Source of the DNA: Hormiphora californensis
Lineage: Eukaryota > Animalia > Ctenophora
Assembly (NCBI GenBank): GCA_020137815.1
Contig: CM035357.1
Coordinates: 8,122,001 to 8,186,000 of the forward strand
Length of the DNA stretch: 64,000 nt
Reading direction: 5' to 3'
Shown piece by piece: positions 24,511 through 36,667 of this stretch; within the stretch, counting starts at the first letter, position 1, and the number at the start of each line of letters is the position of its first letter. Made by a program: the position numbers and the translations under genes. Under the pieces are notes generated by a model. That model was given only the letters and a program-made list of their open reading frames with translations, did no database searches and had not been told where the DNA came from.

Positions 24511-24725
24511 CACACCAAGATCTTCGAAAGAATTTTTTCGAAGCACCAAACCCAATCACACCAAAATGTTTCGTTTGGTTCTTGTGCGCGGATGGCTGTT
24601 GTATGCTTTTCACTGTCAAAAACTAGCAATAGACATACGCACGCCGCGCAAGAACCAAACGAAACATTTTGGTGTGATTGGGTTTTGGTGCTTCGAATTA
24701 AATTCTTTCGAAGATCTTGGTGTGT
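24511..24725. repeat. ~215-bp hairpin
   Basis: cacaccaagatcttcgaaagaatt...aattctttcgaagatcttggtgtg. Confidence 0.8.
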
Positions 24726-25317
24726 CGCACTCTGAGGCTATAAGCATAATGATCGTGATGATCATAATCAGGTCAGTGTACGGACGTTTTGATGGTCACC
24801 ATCAAAGGAGCGCACACACTGATGGTTATCATCATGATGGAGGCTTGATGAATCATGATGTTCTCAAACTATAGTGTGTTCACGTTTGATCATCATAGAC
24901 CATAGTGTGCGCACGTTTGATCATCATATACCTTGACATGTTCCTTGTCTGTCAGTTCCTTGTCTGTCAGCCTTCGGCCCGGTGTGAGCTTACGCGAGCC
25001 CGAAGGGCGAGCGTAAGCGAGGCGCTTAAGTGAGGCGCTTAAGTGCCGATAGACAGACTGCGTAGCATGGCAACATATACCATGCTCAACTTGCTGGAGC
25101 TTGCCTTTTGATCATGATCATCATGACCAGTGTGCTCAGCATGATGATGCTATCTCCCCCTTGCCTCCTCTTGCCTAGTCGCACGCTCTGAGAGGCTGTT
25201 GCATATCACGTGACCTGTACAACAGCCTCTCAGAGCGCGCGAAGTCGTACCACGTGGTACATATCACATGACTGCAGTGCAGCCCTCCATAAGAATAAGA
25301 TCAGAACGTGCGCACAC

Positions 25318-27054
25318 GGTAAGTCGGAAGAACCTGTCCGTTCCTCTCATGAGCGCTCATGAGTGTATCATGAGTGTGTCATGAGTGTATCATGAGTGTA
25401 TCATGAGCGCTCATGAGACGTTTTTAGGTGTTTCAACGTCTCATGAGCGCTCATGAGTATATCATGAGTGTGTCATGAGTGTATCATGAGCGCTCATGAG
25501 TGCTCATGAAACCTTGCTCATGAGCGCTCATGAGACATATGTCTCATCCCATCTCTGTTTCAATGTCTCATGAGCGCTCATGAGACGTTTTGACCTACAT
25601 GTGCTCATGAGTGTATCATGAGACATGTCTCATGAGACATATGTCTCATGAGACGTTAGGGTTAGGGTTAGGGTTGGGTTTACGGTTGGGCTAGGGTTAG
25701 GGTTATCCGGTAAGTCGGAAGAACCTGTCCGTTCCTCTCATGACCGCTCATGAGTGTATCATGAGTGTATCATGAGTGTATCATGAGCGCTCATGAGACG
25801 TTTTTAGGTGTTTCAACGTCTCATGAGCGCTCATGAGTGTATCATGAGTGTGTCATGAGTGTATCATGAGCGCTCATGAGTGCTCATGAGACCTTGCTCA
25901 TGAGCGCTCATGAGACATATGTCTCATCCCATCTCTGTTTCAATGTCTCATGAGCGCTCATGAGACGTTTTGACCTACATGTGCTCATGAGTGTATCATG
26001 AGACATGTCTCATGAGACATATCTCTCATGAGACGTTAGGGTTATGGTTATGGCTGGGTTTAGGGTTGGGCTAGGGTTAGGGCTTTCCTTTAGGTCTAGG
26101 GACCCGTAGAGGGTAGGGCTAGGTCCAAGCCTATGGGTCAACCCTAACCCTATCCCTACGGGTCCCTAGACCTAAAGGATAACCCTAACCCTAGCCCAAC
26201 CGTAAACCCAACCCTAACCCTAACCCTAACGTCTCATGAGACATATGTCTCATGAGACATGTCTCATGATACACTCATGAGCACATGTAGGTCAAAACGT
26301 CTCATGAGCGCTCATGAGACATTGAAACAGAGATGGGATGAGACATATGTCTCATGAGCGCTCATGAGCAAGGTCTCATGAGCACTCATGAGCGCTCATG
26401 ATACACTCATGACACACTCATGATACACTCATGAGCGCTCATGAGACGTTGAAACACCTAAAAACGTCTCATGAGCGCTCATGATACACTCATGATACAC
26501 TCATGACACACTCATGATACACTCATGAGCGCTCATGAGAGGAACGGACAGGTTCTTCCGACTTACCGGTTATCCTTTAGGTCTAGGGACCCGTAGGGAT
26601 AGGGTTAGGGTTGACCCATAGGCTTGGACCTAGCCCTACCCTCTACGGGTCCCTAGACCTAAAGGAAAGCCCTAACCCTAACCCAACCCTAAACCCAACC
26701 ATAACCCTAACCCTAACGTCTCATGAGACATATGTCTCATGAGACATGTCTCATGATACACTCATGAGCACATGTAGGTCAAAACGTCTCATGAGCGCTC
26801 ATGAGACATTGAAACAGAGATGGGATGAGACATATGTCTCATGAGCGCTCATGAGCAACGTCTCATGAGCACTCATGAGCGCTCATGATACACTCATGAC
26901 ACACTCATGATATACTCATGAGCGCTCATGAGACGTTGAAACACCTAAAAACGTCTCATGAGCGCTCATGATACACTCATGATACACTCATGACACACTC
27001 ATGATACACTCATGAGCGCTCATGAGAGGAACGGACAGGTTCTTCCGACTTACC
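25318..27054. mobile_element. Merlin-like CTCATGAG foldback MITE containing a nested copy of itself
   Basis: GGTAAGTCGG...CCGACTTACC; the outer flanks differ, so there is no TSD. Confidence 0.85.
25709..26567. mobile_element. Nested Merlin-like CTCATGAG foldback MITE
   Basis: 8-bp TSD ggttatcc at 25701-25708 and 26568-26575. Confidence 0.9.
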
Positions 27055-28499
27055 GAATTTTGAACAGCTGCTGGTGTGTCTGGGTTTAGAATTAAAATTT
27101 TCAATTTTAATTTTGGCAAGATTTTGTGAAAAGAGCTTGATGCCCTCTTTCGCCACCACGCCGCGCAATTTTCGCCAATTTTCATTTTCTTGAGCTCATT
27201 TGAGAGATCTCAATGTACTCTTTCCAATGAGCCAAAGATTTTGCAAATTGGTCAAGAAATGGCTGAGTTATGGGCAAAACGTGCGAAATTCTCACAGATC
27301 TGGTTTACATTTACCGCCTACCTCTTTCCAACGAGCCCAAGGTGAAGCAATTTGGTCAAGAAATGGTCAGCGGTATAAAAGGTTAACCCGTTTCCTGTAA
27401 ATGAGATTCTCACCCAATTTTTCTCAGGAAACGGGTGAGATTTTTTTTGGTTTTGGCTATTTATATTCAAGGCCAAGATCGGCCGACATATAACTCAGCC
27501 ATTTCTTGACCAAATTGCAAAATCTTGGGTTTATTCGGTGAGTAGAGCCTTCTCGTTCTGTTGGGTTCATGGTGTTGTTTCGGTATTCATTTAAACGTTG
27601 AAAATCAAAATCAAGGTTGTTCAAAACTTTCCCAAGTGACAAGTGTTTGACAAGTTAGCGCGCGCGATTTATTTGCGCGTATTTTACCGCGCGTATTTTA
27701 CCGCGCGCGTTTGAGGGCAATATAAAGTGCGTTTCAAACGACTTTGAAACTGTCACCCCCTGGGTATTTTCAAATTTCGTAAATGACCATAAATACGGTT
27801 TTTGACGAGATAGAGACTTGAAATTTAGAGGTTACGAAGATCTTGCTAAGTTCTTCCTAACCTCCAAATTTCAAGTCTCTATCTTATCAGGAACCGGAGA
27901 TATGGCAAATTTTGTTATTTTAGGAGGGTGACAGTTTCAGAAAATCCGACTTTAATTCTTGGAATCGGGTGCATTGCGCGTGTATTTACAAAGGGGAAAT
28001 CCTGAATTTCCAGGAATCTCAGGTCAAGTCGTTTGAAACGCACTTTTTAGTTTAAAAAAAAATAAAGTGTGACCGGTAAAGTTTTTTTGAAGAATCGTCC
28101 GAAAACGGAAAAAGTTATAAAGTTCATGTGTTGTCACGCTTGATATGAGTCTCATATTCAATAGTTGATAGAAGTTTATGGACAACTGAGACAATGATCT
28201 TATTGCAGGAAATAAATCACACGACGGTTTCGTCGAACATCGACATCATCAGGCTGCTCAAATTAATTTATTTAAAGTAGTGTTGAAAAGTGTTGAAAGT
28301 AAAATCATTGTCTCAGTTGTCCATAAACTTCTATCAACTAAACGGAAAAAGGGGGATAAAATTATAATAAAAAAAGCCACATGCATCTGGCCTAACAATG
28401 TCAATGATAGTGTATATAAATTGTTTTTGCCTGACCGGCTACACGAAGAAAATCACATAAACTGCATGCAACAGTTAAAGACTAGTATGTATGGTACAG

Positions 28500-29745
28500 A
28501 TCTGTCATCTGACGAAGAGCCATCATTCTTGTTCCTTCCTCTGTAGCCCCGAATAGAACAACTAACAAGTTATGGAGCGGACCATTGAAAAAGATAGACG
28601 AACACGGAGGTATCGAATACACTCCTGGTAGGTATAGCCAGTTTTCCGCGATTTCTTGCTTGCGAGTTGCTTCAGAGTTCTGCTGAACTCTTGACCAAGT
28701 CCACCGGTCGTTGAAATAACGAGAGGAGTAAAAGAAGCTTTTTCCACCTCGAGAATGCGATGTAGATAGTTCTTCTTCTTCCCTTCCTCGTGCTTGATAT
28801 GGAGGCCCGAAAAACGTGTTGCGCGCATTTTGCGACGCGCATGCGTCGCGCACCAAATTGGTCAAACTTTAAAATATGAAAAAAGCGTTTTTAAGACTTT
28901 TGAGACGTTTGAGACGTTTGAGGGATATCCTGAGTCTCGTTAGACTGTGCCCTTGGGTTAAAAACCCTTACGTCAAAATAGGTGCAGTCCATTGGTCCCC
29001 AGAATCCCCTCGTTCGAATGTCAAGGCGAGCTCCATCCTCTGTAATGGTCCCAGGTGGTAGTTTTACTCCTCTAACTTCCAGTAGGTTGGGTTCAGCCTT
29101 AGTGTCGTAGCACACTTTGTCCAGCTCCGCAGTTAGAAAGTCTCGAACGCAATCGTGTCTGACCGCAACAAATCCCCCGCGTTTGCATGATCGATGCTGT
29201 TTGCCTCCCCACAAACGCACTGTGTTGCTCTCGGCTGTCCCACTAGTGGGAGATCGTATCGTGCTGAGATTAAATCAAAGAACTCCTGGCGATTGGGTGT
29301 GAGCTTCAATGACTCTAGGGGTAGACAAGTGAGCCATGTTGATGCCCCTTTCTCGCTGAGTAGATCAAGGTTCCTCGCCTCTCTTGGCTTGATCGACTGA
29401 ACGATTTTTTCCCTACATTCCTTGTGGTAATTAGCTTTGCCAGTTTTGATGCTGAGGGCTAGGGCTTTCTCAATCTCAGGATTCGGTATGTATTCTACGT
29501 CTTGTTTATGGATGGCCTTCTGAAGTTCTTCTCGCTTTCAGCGAGTTCTGGTACTGGGGTTTTCGACACCCAGCCCTCCCATTCTTGTAGGAAGTGCCAT
29601 GATGGATCGTAGCGTATCAGGAATGAATGGTTGTCCTGTGATAGCTGGGAGGAATTTCTCTCTGATTGCCTTCTCGATGGGCTCTAGTTCTGTAGCGATC
29701 CCTGGTGTTGTCCGCAGCAAGTAGTTCCACTTCTTACTCAACCGG
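28500..29745 (-). mobile_element. 3' fragment of a second CRE-clade-like retrotransposon (zinc knuckle + restriction-like endonuclease)
   Basis: WNYLLRTTP, LPTRMGGLG, CKRGGFVAVRHDCVRD, ARLDIRTRGFW..YFDVRV, HEEGKKKNY, FTPLVISTTGGLG, with frameshifts and an ~110-bp insertion at about 28810-28920. Confidence 0.85.
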
Positions 29746-30121
29746 TAAAGTCGGATTTTTTAAACTGTCACCCCCCCCTGAAATAAAAAATTTGTCATAT
29801 CCCCGATTCCTGATAAGATAGAGACTTGAAATTTGGGGGTTCGGAAGAACTTAGCAAGATCTTCGTAACCTCCAAATTTCAAGTCTCTATCTCATCAGGA
29901 ACCGGACTTGTGGTCATTTAGAGAAATTTGAAAACTCTAAAAAACGACAGTTATTTAAAATCAGACTATAAAGTCCATTTTTATTCAACTGTTCACCCTC
30001 CAACTCTTGCGTGTGCGATATTTTAATTTACGCTGTGCGCGCTACACGTTAACATGTGATAGACGCACAAAACAATTCCACACACGACTTTGGGGGGTGA
30101 ACAGTTGAAAAAAAAATGGAG

Positions 30122-30596
30122 TATAAGTCGGGCCAGCGTTAAAATCTGGGTGTTTTGGGAGTGCTGACAAACGGTTTTTTAGGGTTAGGGCTAAAGTAGG
30201 GTTGGGGTTTGGGTTGGGGTTAGGCCTTGACATTCCCTACCAGATAAACTTTGAATCAGTCAAAACGGTTGAGTGGTTTGGCGGTTAGAGCCATTTTAGT
30301 GAATCAACTTTTTTGGCAGCGCGCACCTGTAAACAGGCCTCCAAACACCCAGATCGTAACGGCGCCCGGTAAGTCGGGCCAGCGTTAAAACCTGGGTGTT
30401 TTGGGAGTGCTGACAAACGGTTTTTTAGGGTTAAGGTTTGGGTTGGGGTTAGGCCTTGACATTCCCTACCAGATAAACTTTAAATCAGCCAAAACGGTTG
30501 AGTGGTTTGGCGGTTAGAGCCATTTTAGTGAATCAACTTTTTTGGCAGCACGCACCTGTAAACAGGCTTCCAAACACCCAGATCATAAAGGCGCCC
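30122..30596. repeat. Two tandem ~230-245 bp units starting (G)TAAGTCGGG with TTAGGG-like cores
   Basis: Units 30122-30367 and 30368-30596, each ending ggcgccc and followed directly by GGTAAGTCGG. Confidence 0.8.
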
Positions 30597-31032
30597 GGTA
30601 AGTCGGAAGAACCTGTCCGTTCCTCTCATGAGCGCTCATGAGTGTATCATGAGTGTGTCATGAGTGTATCATGAGCGTATCATGAGACGTTTTTAGGTGT
30701 TTCAACGTCTCATGAGCGCTCATGAGTGTATCATGAGCGTATCATGAGTGTGTCATGAGTGCTCATGAGACGTTGCTCATGAGCGCTCATGAGACATATG
30801 TCTCATCCCATCTCTGTTTTAATGTCTCATGAGCGCTCATGAGACGTTTTGACCTACATATGCTCATGAGTGAATCATGAGACATGTCTCATGAGACGTT
30901 AGGGTGATGGTTAGGGTTGGGTTTAGGGTTGAGCTAGAGTTAGGGCTATTCCTTAGGTCTAGGGACCCGTAGAGTGTAGGGCTAGGTCTAAGCCTATGGG
31001 TCAACCCTAACCCTACCCCTACGGGGCCCTAG
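30597..31032. mobile_element. Half copy of the CTCATGAG Merlin-like MITE, truncated by a CR1 insertion
   Basis: Left arm and part of the spacer only. Confidence 0.8.
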
Positions 31033-31035
31033 GCT

Positions 31036-32600
31036 TAACTGCAGTAGCTTGGCATACTCGATTTGGATGTTGTGGAACAGGTCATTTGAAGACGGATCTG
31101 TCCCTAGTTGCTTAAAGCAACAGTTCATAACACCGTTATTCAAGAAGGGGGCTAAATCGAAACCTGTGAATTATCGCCCAGTGTCTATAACAAGTCACCT
31201 GTCTAAAGTGTTTGAGCGGCTGGTGAGGAAACGGATCAGTGACTACTTGGACGAGATGGAGTTGCAGAGTGACACACAGCATGGTTTTAGGAAGGGGCAC
31301 AGTACCATGACACAGCTACTAACCCATGTTGACATCATCCTATCTGAACTATGCGGTGATCAGGAAGTCGATGCTATCTACTTAGATTTTAGTAAAGCAT
31401 TTGATTCCGTGGATATCAATGTTCTGCTAGCTAAATTGAGGCGATATGGTATTGGAGGTCAACTCCTTCAGTGGATCAGTGCGTGGATCCTGGGCAGGAA
31501 TCAGTGTGTAATGGTGGATGGAGTGAGGTCACCCTGGGTTGAGGTACTTAGTGGGGTTGCCCAGGGTAGTGTGCTCGGACCACTTCTTTTCCTCATATAT
31601 ATTCTTCACCTGGAGTCAGTGCTAGACGGTAGCATGTGTCTAACTTTTGCTGACGATACTAAGTTGGTAAAAGCTATTTCGGATATGACTAGCCAGGCGT
31701 GCCTACAGAACGATCTTTTAAGAATGGCAGAATGGGCAAAGAAGAACAATATGAAGTTACATGAGGATAAATTTCAGCTCTTGAGCTATAGTCTGAATAA
31801 GTCTGCTATCCTCAGACAGTTTCCTTTCGCAGCTGAAGTGTTTTCATATACTACAAGCTCAGGTGTGCAGTTGATCCCCGAACCTGATGTTCGTGATCTG
31901 GGTGTCCAGATGTCTTCAGATGGGTCATAGACGAGGCACATTTCTATCATAGTGCGGAAGGCTTCCCTCTTGAGTGGCTGGATATTCAGCGTTTTTCGGG
32001 ACCGTTCTCCGGAGGTTATGGTGCAGCTTTTCAAGTCCTTGGTCAGGCCTATTCTTGATTACTGTTGCCTAGTCTGGAACCCTTCCAAGGCTGGTGATAT
32101 CAAGGCTATTGAGAATGTCCAACGTTGTTTCATCAGACGTCTTGATGGTATGCAGGGTCATGACTATTGGGATAGACTGAAATTACTCAATCTTCCTTCA
32201 GCGTCGGAGACAGCGCTACATTCTGATTCATGTGTGGAAGACGATTCATGGTTTTGTACCTAACTCTGCCAACCTAGTATTTCAACAGCACGGTAAACTG
32301 GGTATGCGGATAGTCCCACCACCTTACCCCTATAGAGCAGAAACGAAACGAGCTAATCAATTTCACTGCTCATTTGGTCCAAGAGCAGCTCATTTATGGA
32401 ACACTCTACCAGCTGCTGTCAATTCTTGTGTGAGCATGAATCAGTTCAAATCATCATTGGGCAATTACTTGACAGGATTTCACGATCGTCCTCCAGTCAG
32501 AGGGTACCCGCCACTTCCAAATGACCTTTCGCCTCAATGTGCTGTGCTGTGCTGATGAGTGTGAGTGTGAAGGGATAGTTTTTCAACTTAATTTTATTTA
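31036..32600 (+). mobile_element. 5'-truncated CR1-clade LINE (ORF2 reverse transcriptase), inactivated
   Basis: NYRPVSITS, QHGFRKG, YLDFSKAFDSV, SGVAQGSVLGPLLFLIYI, FADDTKL, SLVRPILDYC. In-frame TAG at 31928-31930 and a frameshift near 32195. Confidence 0.92.
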
Positions 32601-33185
32601 GGTGGACCCATTCAGGGAAGGCTATGTTTCTTTATGTACGACTTCGTGCAATTAATCGACTTCGTGCAATTGGTCTCGTTACGCCACTCTGAACCCTCAC
32701 CCAGTTTGGTCCGTGTGGTTCAGATTTCATGATATTATATGTTTTATTGCGGCTCAGTGACACTACCCACCGTGGTAGTTTTTAATTGATTGATTGATTG
32801 ATTTATAAATAAAACTCTAATTGTAAACTTGTTAACTTGTAAACAAATGACCGCGCATGTGAAATTTATTAGTTTTGACGCGCACACCACACGTTAACAT
32901 GTGATGTGACGCACAAAAACATTCCGTGCACGAAAAGGGGGGTGACAGTTTCAAAAAAATCCGACTTTACAGCGGCGTCTGTTTTTGGTGGCGTTTCCTG
33001 CGCTAAAAACGGCTTATTTTTGCGAGCCTAACTGGAAAAACGCACGTTTTGACCCCATAGTTTTGAGTAAACAAAACGGTATCTGAAATATTTATACATT
33101 GTGCATGCATTGTGTATATCGATTTTTATCCTTTTTCAAATCAAATCAAATCAAAATTCAAATCATTACAGGTCAACCAAAACTA

Positions 33186-33357
33186 CAGTCGGACCCCGAT
33201 TTAGGGCCCCCCGATTTAGTGGCACCCCGATTTAGGGACAGGATTTTTTTCCCCCGATATAGGAAATTAACCTTATTTGACCCCGATTTAGTGGACACCC
33301 CGATTTAGTGGACAAGAGCCTTTCCCCCGAGGGTGTCCCTAAATCGGGGTCCGACTG
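33186..33357. mobile_element. Tc1/mariner-type MITE, same family as 13119
   Basis: TA|CAGTCGGACCCC...GGGGTCCGACTG|TA. Confidence 0.85.
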
Positions 33358-33642
33358 TACTATAGCCCTTGCTGCACACGACCGGATTCTAGACGGCCAT
33401 TACTCCACCCCCTAATAAGATAGAAAATTGAAGTTTGTTTTGTAAGGAGATCATGTCGAGTTCTTCCTACAAAAAAAATTAAAGTCTCTATCTCATCAGG
33501 GAATGGAGTTATGACCTTGGGAAATTTCACAAAATCTGAGTGAGGGACATAGTAGTTTGGGTTGTACTTTAATTGAATCCTGACCTTCGGCACTCTTGCA
33601 CGGTTCTATTAATGGCACTCTCTTACTATACCGTATCATTAA

Positions 33643-34220
33643 AGGGCCTAAAAACTCAAATATTATTTATCTATTTTGAACACTCCATCGTAACAAGCAT
33701 GCTATTGGAGTCCCAAAAAACATAGGCACACGCCACATGGACCCCAGGTGAGCCCAGGGGAAGCCCCTCCAGTTGGGGCCCATTTGGGTCCACTTGTAAA
33801 CGCGCTTGTACTCCTTGAAATGCTAACAATATGATCCTCTCTCAAATATAAAATGTAGGGTAGAAATGATCCTTGTGTTTTAGTAGATTTCATAATTTTT
33901 CTCATCAATTATTATTTAAACCTATCAAAACTAGGAGAAAAATTACCAGAATACAGAGACAAGAAAGATTGTGTATTCACCTGGAACACAAAGATAATTT
34001 TACCCAAAACTTCAAATTTCAGAGAGGATCATATTGTTAGCATTTCAAGGAGTACAAGCGCGTTTACAAGGGGACCCCAATTGGGCCCCAACTTGAGGGG
34101 GTCCCCCTGGGTTCACCTTGGGTCCGTGGGGCGTGTACCTATGTTTTTTGGGACTCCAATAGCATGCTTGTTACGATGTAGTGTTCAAAATAAATAAATA
34201 AAATTTGGGTTTTAGGCCCT
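33643..34220. mobile_element. TTAA-flanked foldback MITE (Kolobok-like) just upstream of the COLGALT start codon
   Basis: TTAA|AGGGCCTAAAA...TTTTAGGCCCT|TTAA with ~200-bp imperfect arms. Confidence 0.8.
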
Positions 34221-34274
34221 TTAAAAGTGGTACTCCTCCTTCTTTGCAACGAACTGTACTGTTATTTAATATAG

Positions 34275-34455
34275 ATGATGTATTCATGGTACGCATTGAT
34301 TCTGTTTTTTTTTGGAAATATTAACATAGTGGATTCTGAATCTGTTCAACTCGTAATACTTGCTCGATCAAGGGCGCATACTTTACCTATTTGGCTGGGT
34401 TTTATTGAAGATCTTGACTACCCCAAATCGGAAATTTCTGTTTTCATACAAACAG
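34275..34455 (+). CDS. COLGALT1: Procollagen galactosyltransferase (GT25), exon 1
   Basis: Signal peptide plus VQLVILARSRAHTLPIWLGFIEDLDYPKSEISVFIQT; donor ag|gtacgt, phase 1. Confidence 0.88.
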
Positions 34456-34753
34456 GTACGTATATATGTATTGAATCGACGATCACTGCTAGGAAGTGCA
34501 AAGGTTGGCATTCGGCTTCTCAAAAAGCGTTGCCAGAAACATAGTTATATATTTTATGAGTGTATGGGCATTAAAATAAATTTGTAAGGCTATAGATTAA
34601 CTCGTATTATAACCAAATGAACATGAAACAGGATGAATGTGCATAAGGCGGAGTGACGTTTCCTTCATTTTCAGGAATGCACTACAAAATCTCGCACTTT
34701 AATGAACTACATTGTAAAATTATTTATTGAGCTAGTGATGTCCATGTTCGACA

Positions 34754-35792
34754 TCCCTAATTATAAAGTAGAAATGAACGTCGTAGTGAGGAGCAGGATG
34801 AAGTAACCACGTGTGCAAATGAGGGGGGTTGTCAAGGAGGTGCCCTGGGAGGGGTATGGGAGGTTGCACGTGCGGGTTGGTGCAGCGGGTGAGAGGGGCC
34901 CGGTGCCCAGATATTGCAAATACCCAAGAGATAAATGCCCTTAATTTGGCAGCAAATTAAAGGCGAGGCAGCATATTGGACAAGCTGCCTAGTAGTCAGC
35001 AGTTCAATAAATATCGCTGTCGGCAGTAATAAATGTAGGGGCCATTTAGATAGTTTTAAAAAAAGTGTCCCACCCGGGATCGGTCGGGAATCGAACCCGG
35101 GTCTCACGCGTCAGAGTGGAGGCAGCACAGGCAGCGCAAATTTACCCCATATTTACATAGAAAATTTAGCCTCATTTTATGCAATATCAGTTTTACTTTT
35201 CCGGCTATTATATTCGAAGAAGTATTCCAAACACGAATATGAAGGAAATAAACAAATTGAACGTCACAAATTTTCTTAATCTTTCTGCTGCCTCGGGTAC
35301 CATTATTTACCGATTTTTTGGCTATTCCCGCCCTTCTACCCATCCAATTTGGTAATATTCGGTGCAGGGACATCCACAGTATCGATAAACAAGTGCCTAA
35401 ACCGATAAACGGGGAAAAACGGTAAAACTTAGCATGATATAGAAGGCAGCATGAGGCAGCACGTATTTAGCTTAATTAAGATAGATCCGTGCTGCCGGCA
35501 GCACGAGTTCGATTCCCGACCGGGCCCGGGTGGGATAATTTTTTTAAATTTTTTTCAAACTTTATAAATGATTTATAAATGATTTCTAAAAACTTTCTAG
35601 ACATTTATTTTACTAGGCAGCAAAATCGTCGATTTTTGAGACAAAGTTGGCAGCATATTTGACTTTTGAAAATCGTATTTATCTAAAATTTTGAAAATCC
35701 GGGCACCGGGGAGAGGGGTGCTCCTGGCCCCTGGGTGAGGGAGAGTGTGGGGATTTGGGTCAACGGGTGCTCTACTTCAACGGGCTTTCTAG
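34754..35792 (+). mobile_element. Helitron-like element in COLGALT intron 1
   Basis: A|TCCCTAATTATAAAGTAGAAATGAACGTCGT ... CAACGGGCTTTCTAG|TC; 5' end similar to 39535. Confidence 0.55.
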
Positions 35793-36422
35793 TCATCATT
35801 ATGCAGATGGTTGGTAGTAGTGATATTGATAGTGATAAAGCAACATTTGCACGTGCAGTTTAACAGCAGCTCCGATGGGCTGGTTGGTTGGTTGGTATGA
35901 GCGGCTGGTGATTTGGGGGCCTTGTTAGAGGCTCTCCTGTTGACCATGAGAGGCTTCCCTGGTTTGGGATTTGCTGCCGCTGGGGGGTTAGATTGCGCAC
36001 GTGAGTGATTTCGGGGGTGAACTTGCTTACCACCGAGAGTTCGATTTGCCCTGGCGCGTCTCGGTGGGTTTGTAGTGAGTTAGGTGTTGACCGGGGGGCC
36101 CCTGTAGGAGAAAAATGGGGGTGGCCCCGGTTTGCAGCGTACTTCTTCCCTTTGATTTGATTTAGTTATTCCAGCTTTTTGGTCTCTTTTATAAATTCCT
36201 TGAATATCTTTATTGATTCTCCCCAGTTATTTCGGACCGCAGTGATGTGATCCTTGTAGCTGGTGCCTTCAAAGTTTAAGTGTCGCTGGGCATCTGATAA
36301 TTATCTGAGAATCATTTGGAATTGCATGAAAACTTCGCTAAACGATAGCATCGATGTCATATAATCACAAAACATGTGTTTTGAAGCCAGTTGGGAGCTA
36401 AATTTTTCGTCAAAAATAATTC

Positions 36423-36667
36423 AAAGTCCAGGTCTCTCCCAATCATTGGGCATGCCTGCGGTGCTTATCTCCGATTGAAGTCCTAAGCCACTCCGTACCG
36501 AAGTACTAAACTTGCAGTCTGGGGACCAGCCCTACGTGCAAGGGAGTGTGACTTTCCAGCAGTTGATGTACCAATTTATAGCTCGGTCAACTAGACGGCT
36601 TGCGTCGGGTCCCGAACCCGGGACCTTCTGCATGAGAGGCGAGTGTGTTACCACTACACCACCCAGC
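36423..36667 (-). mobile_element. tRNA-derived SINE
   Basis: Minus-strand head ggctgggTGGTGTAGTGGtaacacactcgcctctcatgcagaaggtcccgGGTTCGGGACC (A and B boxes) followed by a non-tRNA body. Confidence 0.7.

Noticed and set aside
36597-36667. Possible tRNA gene
   Set aside because: The acceptor stem does not pair well and a SINE-like body follows; called a SINE instead.
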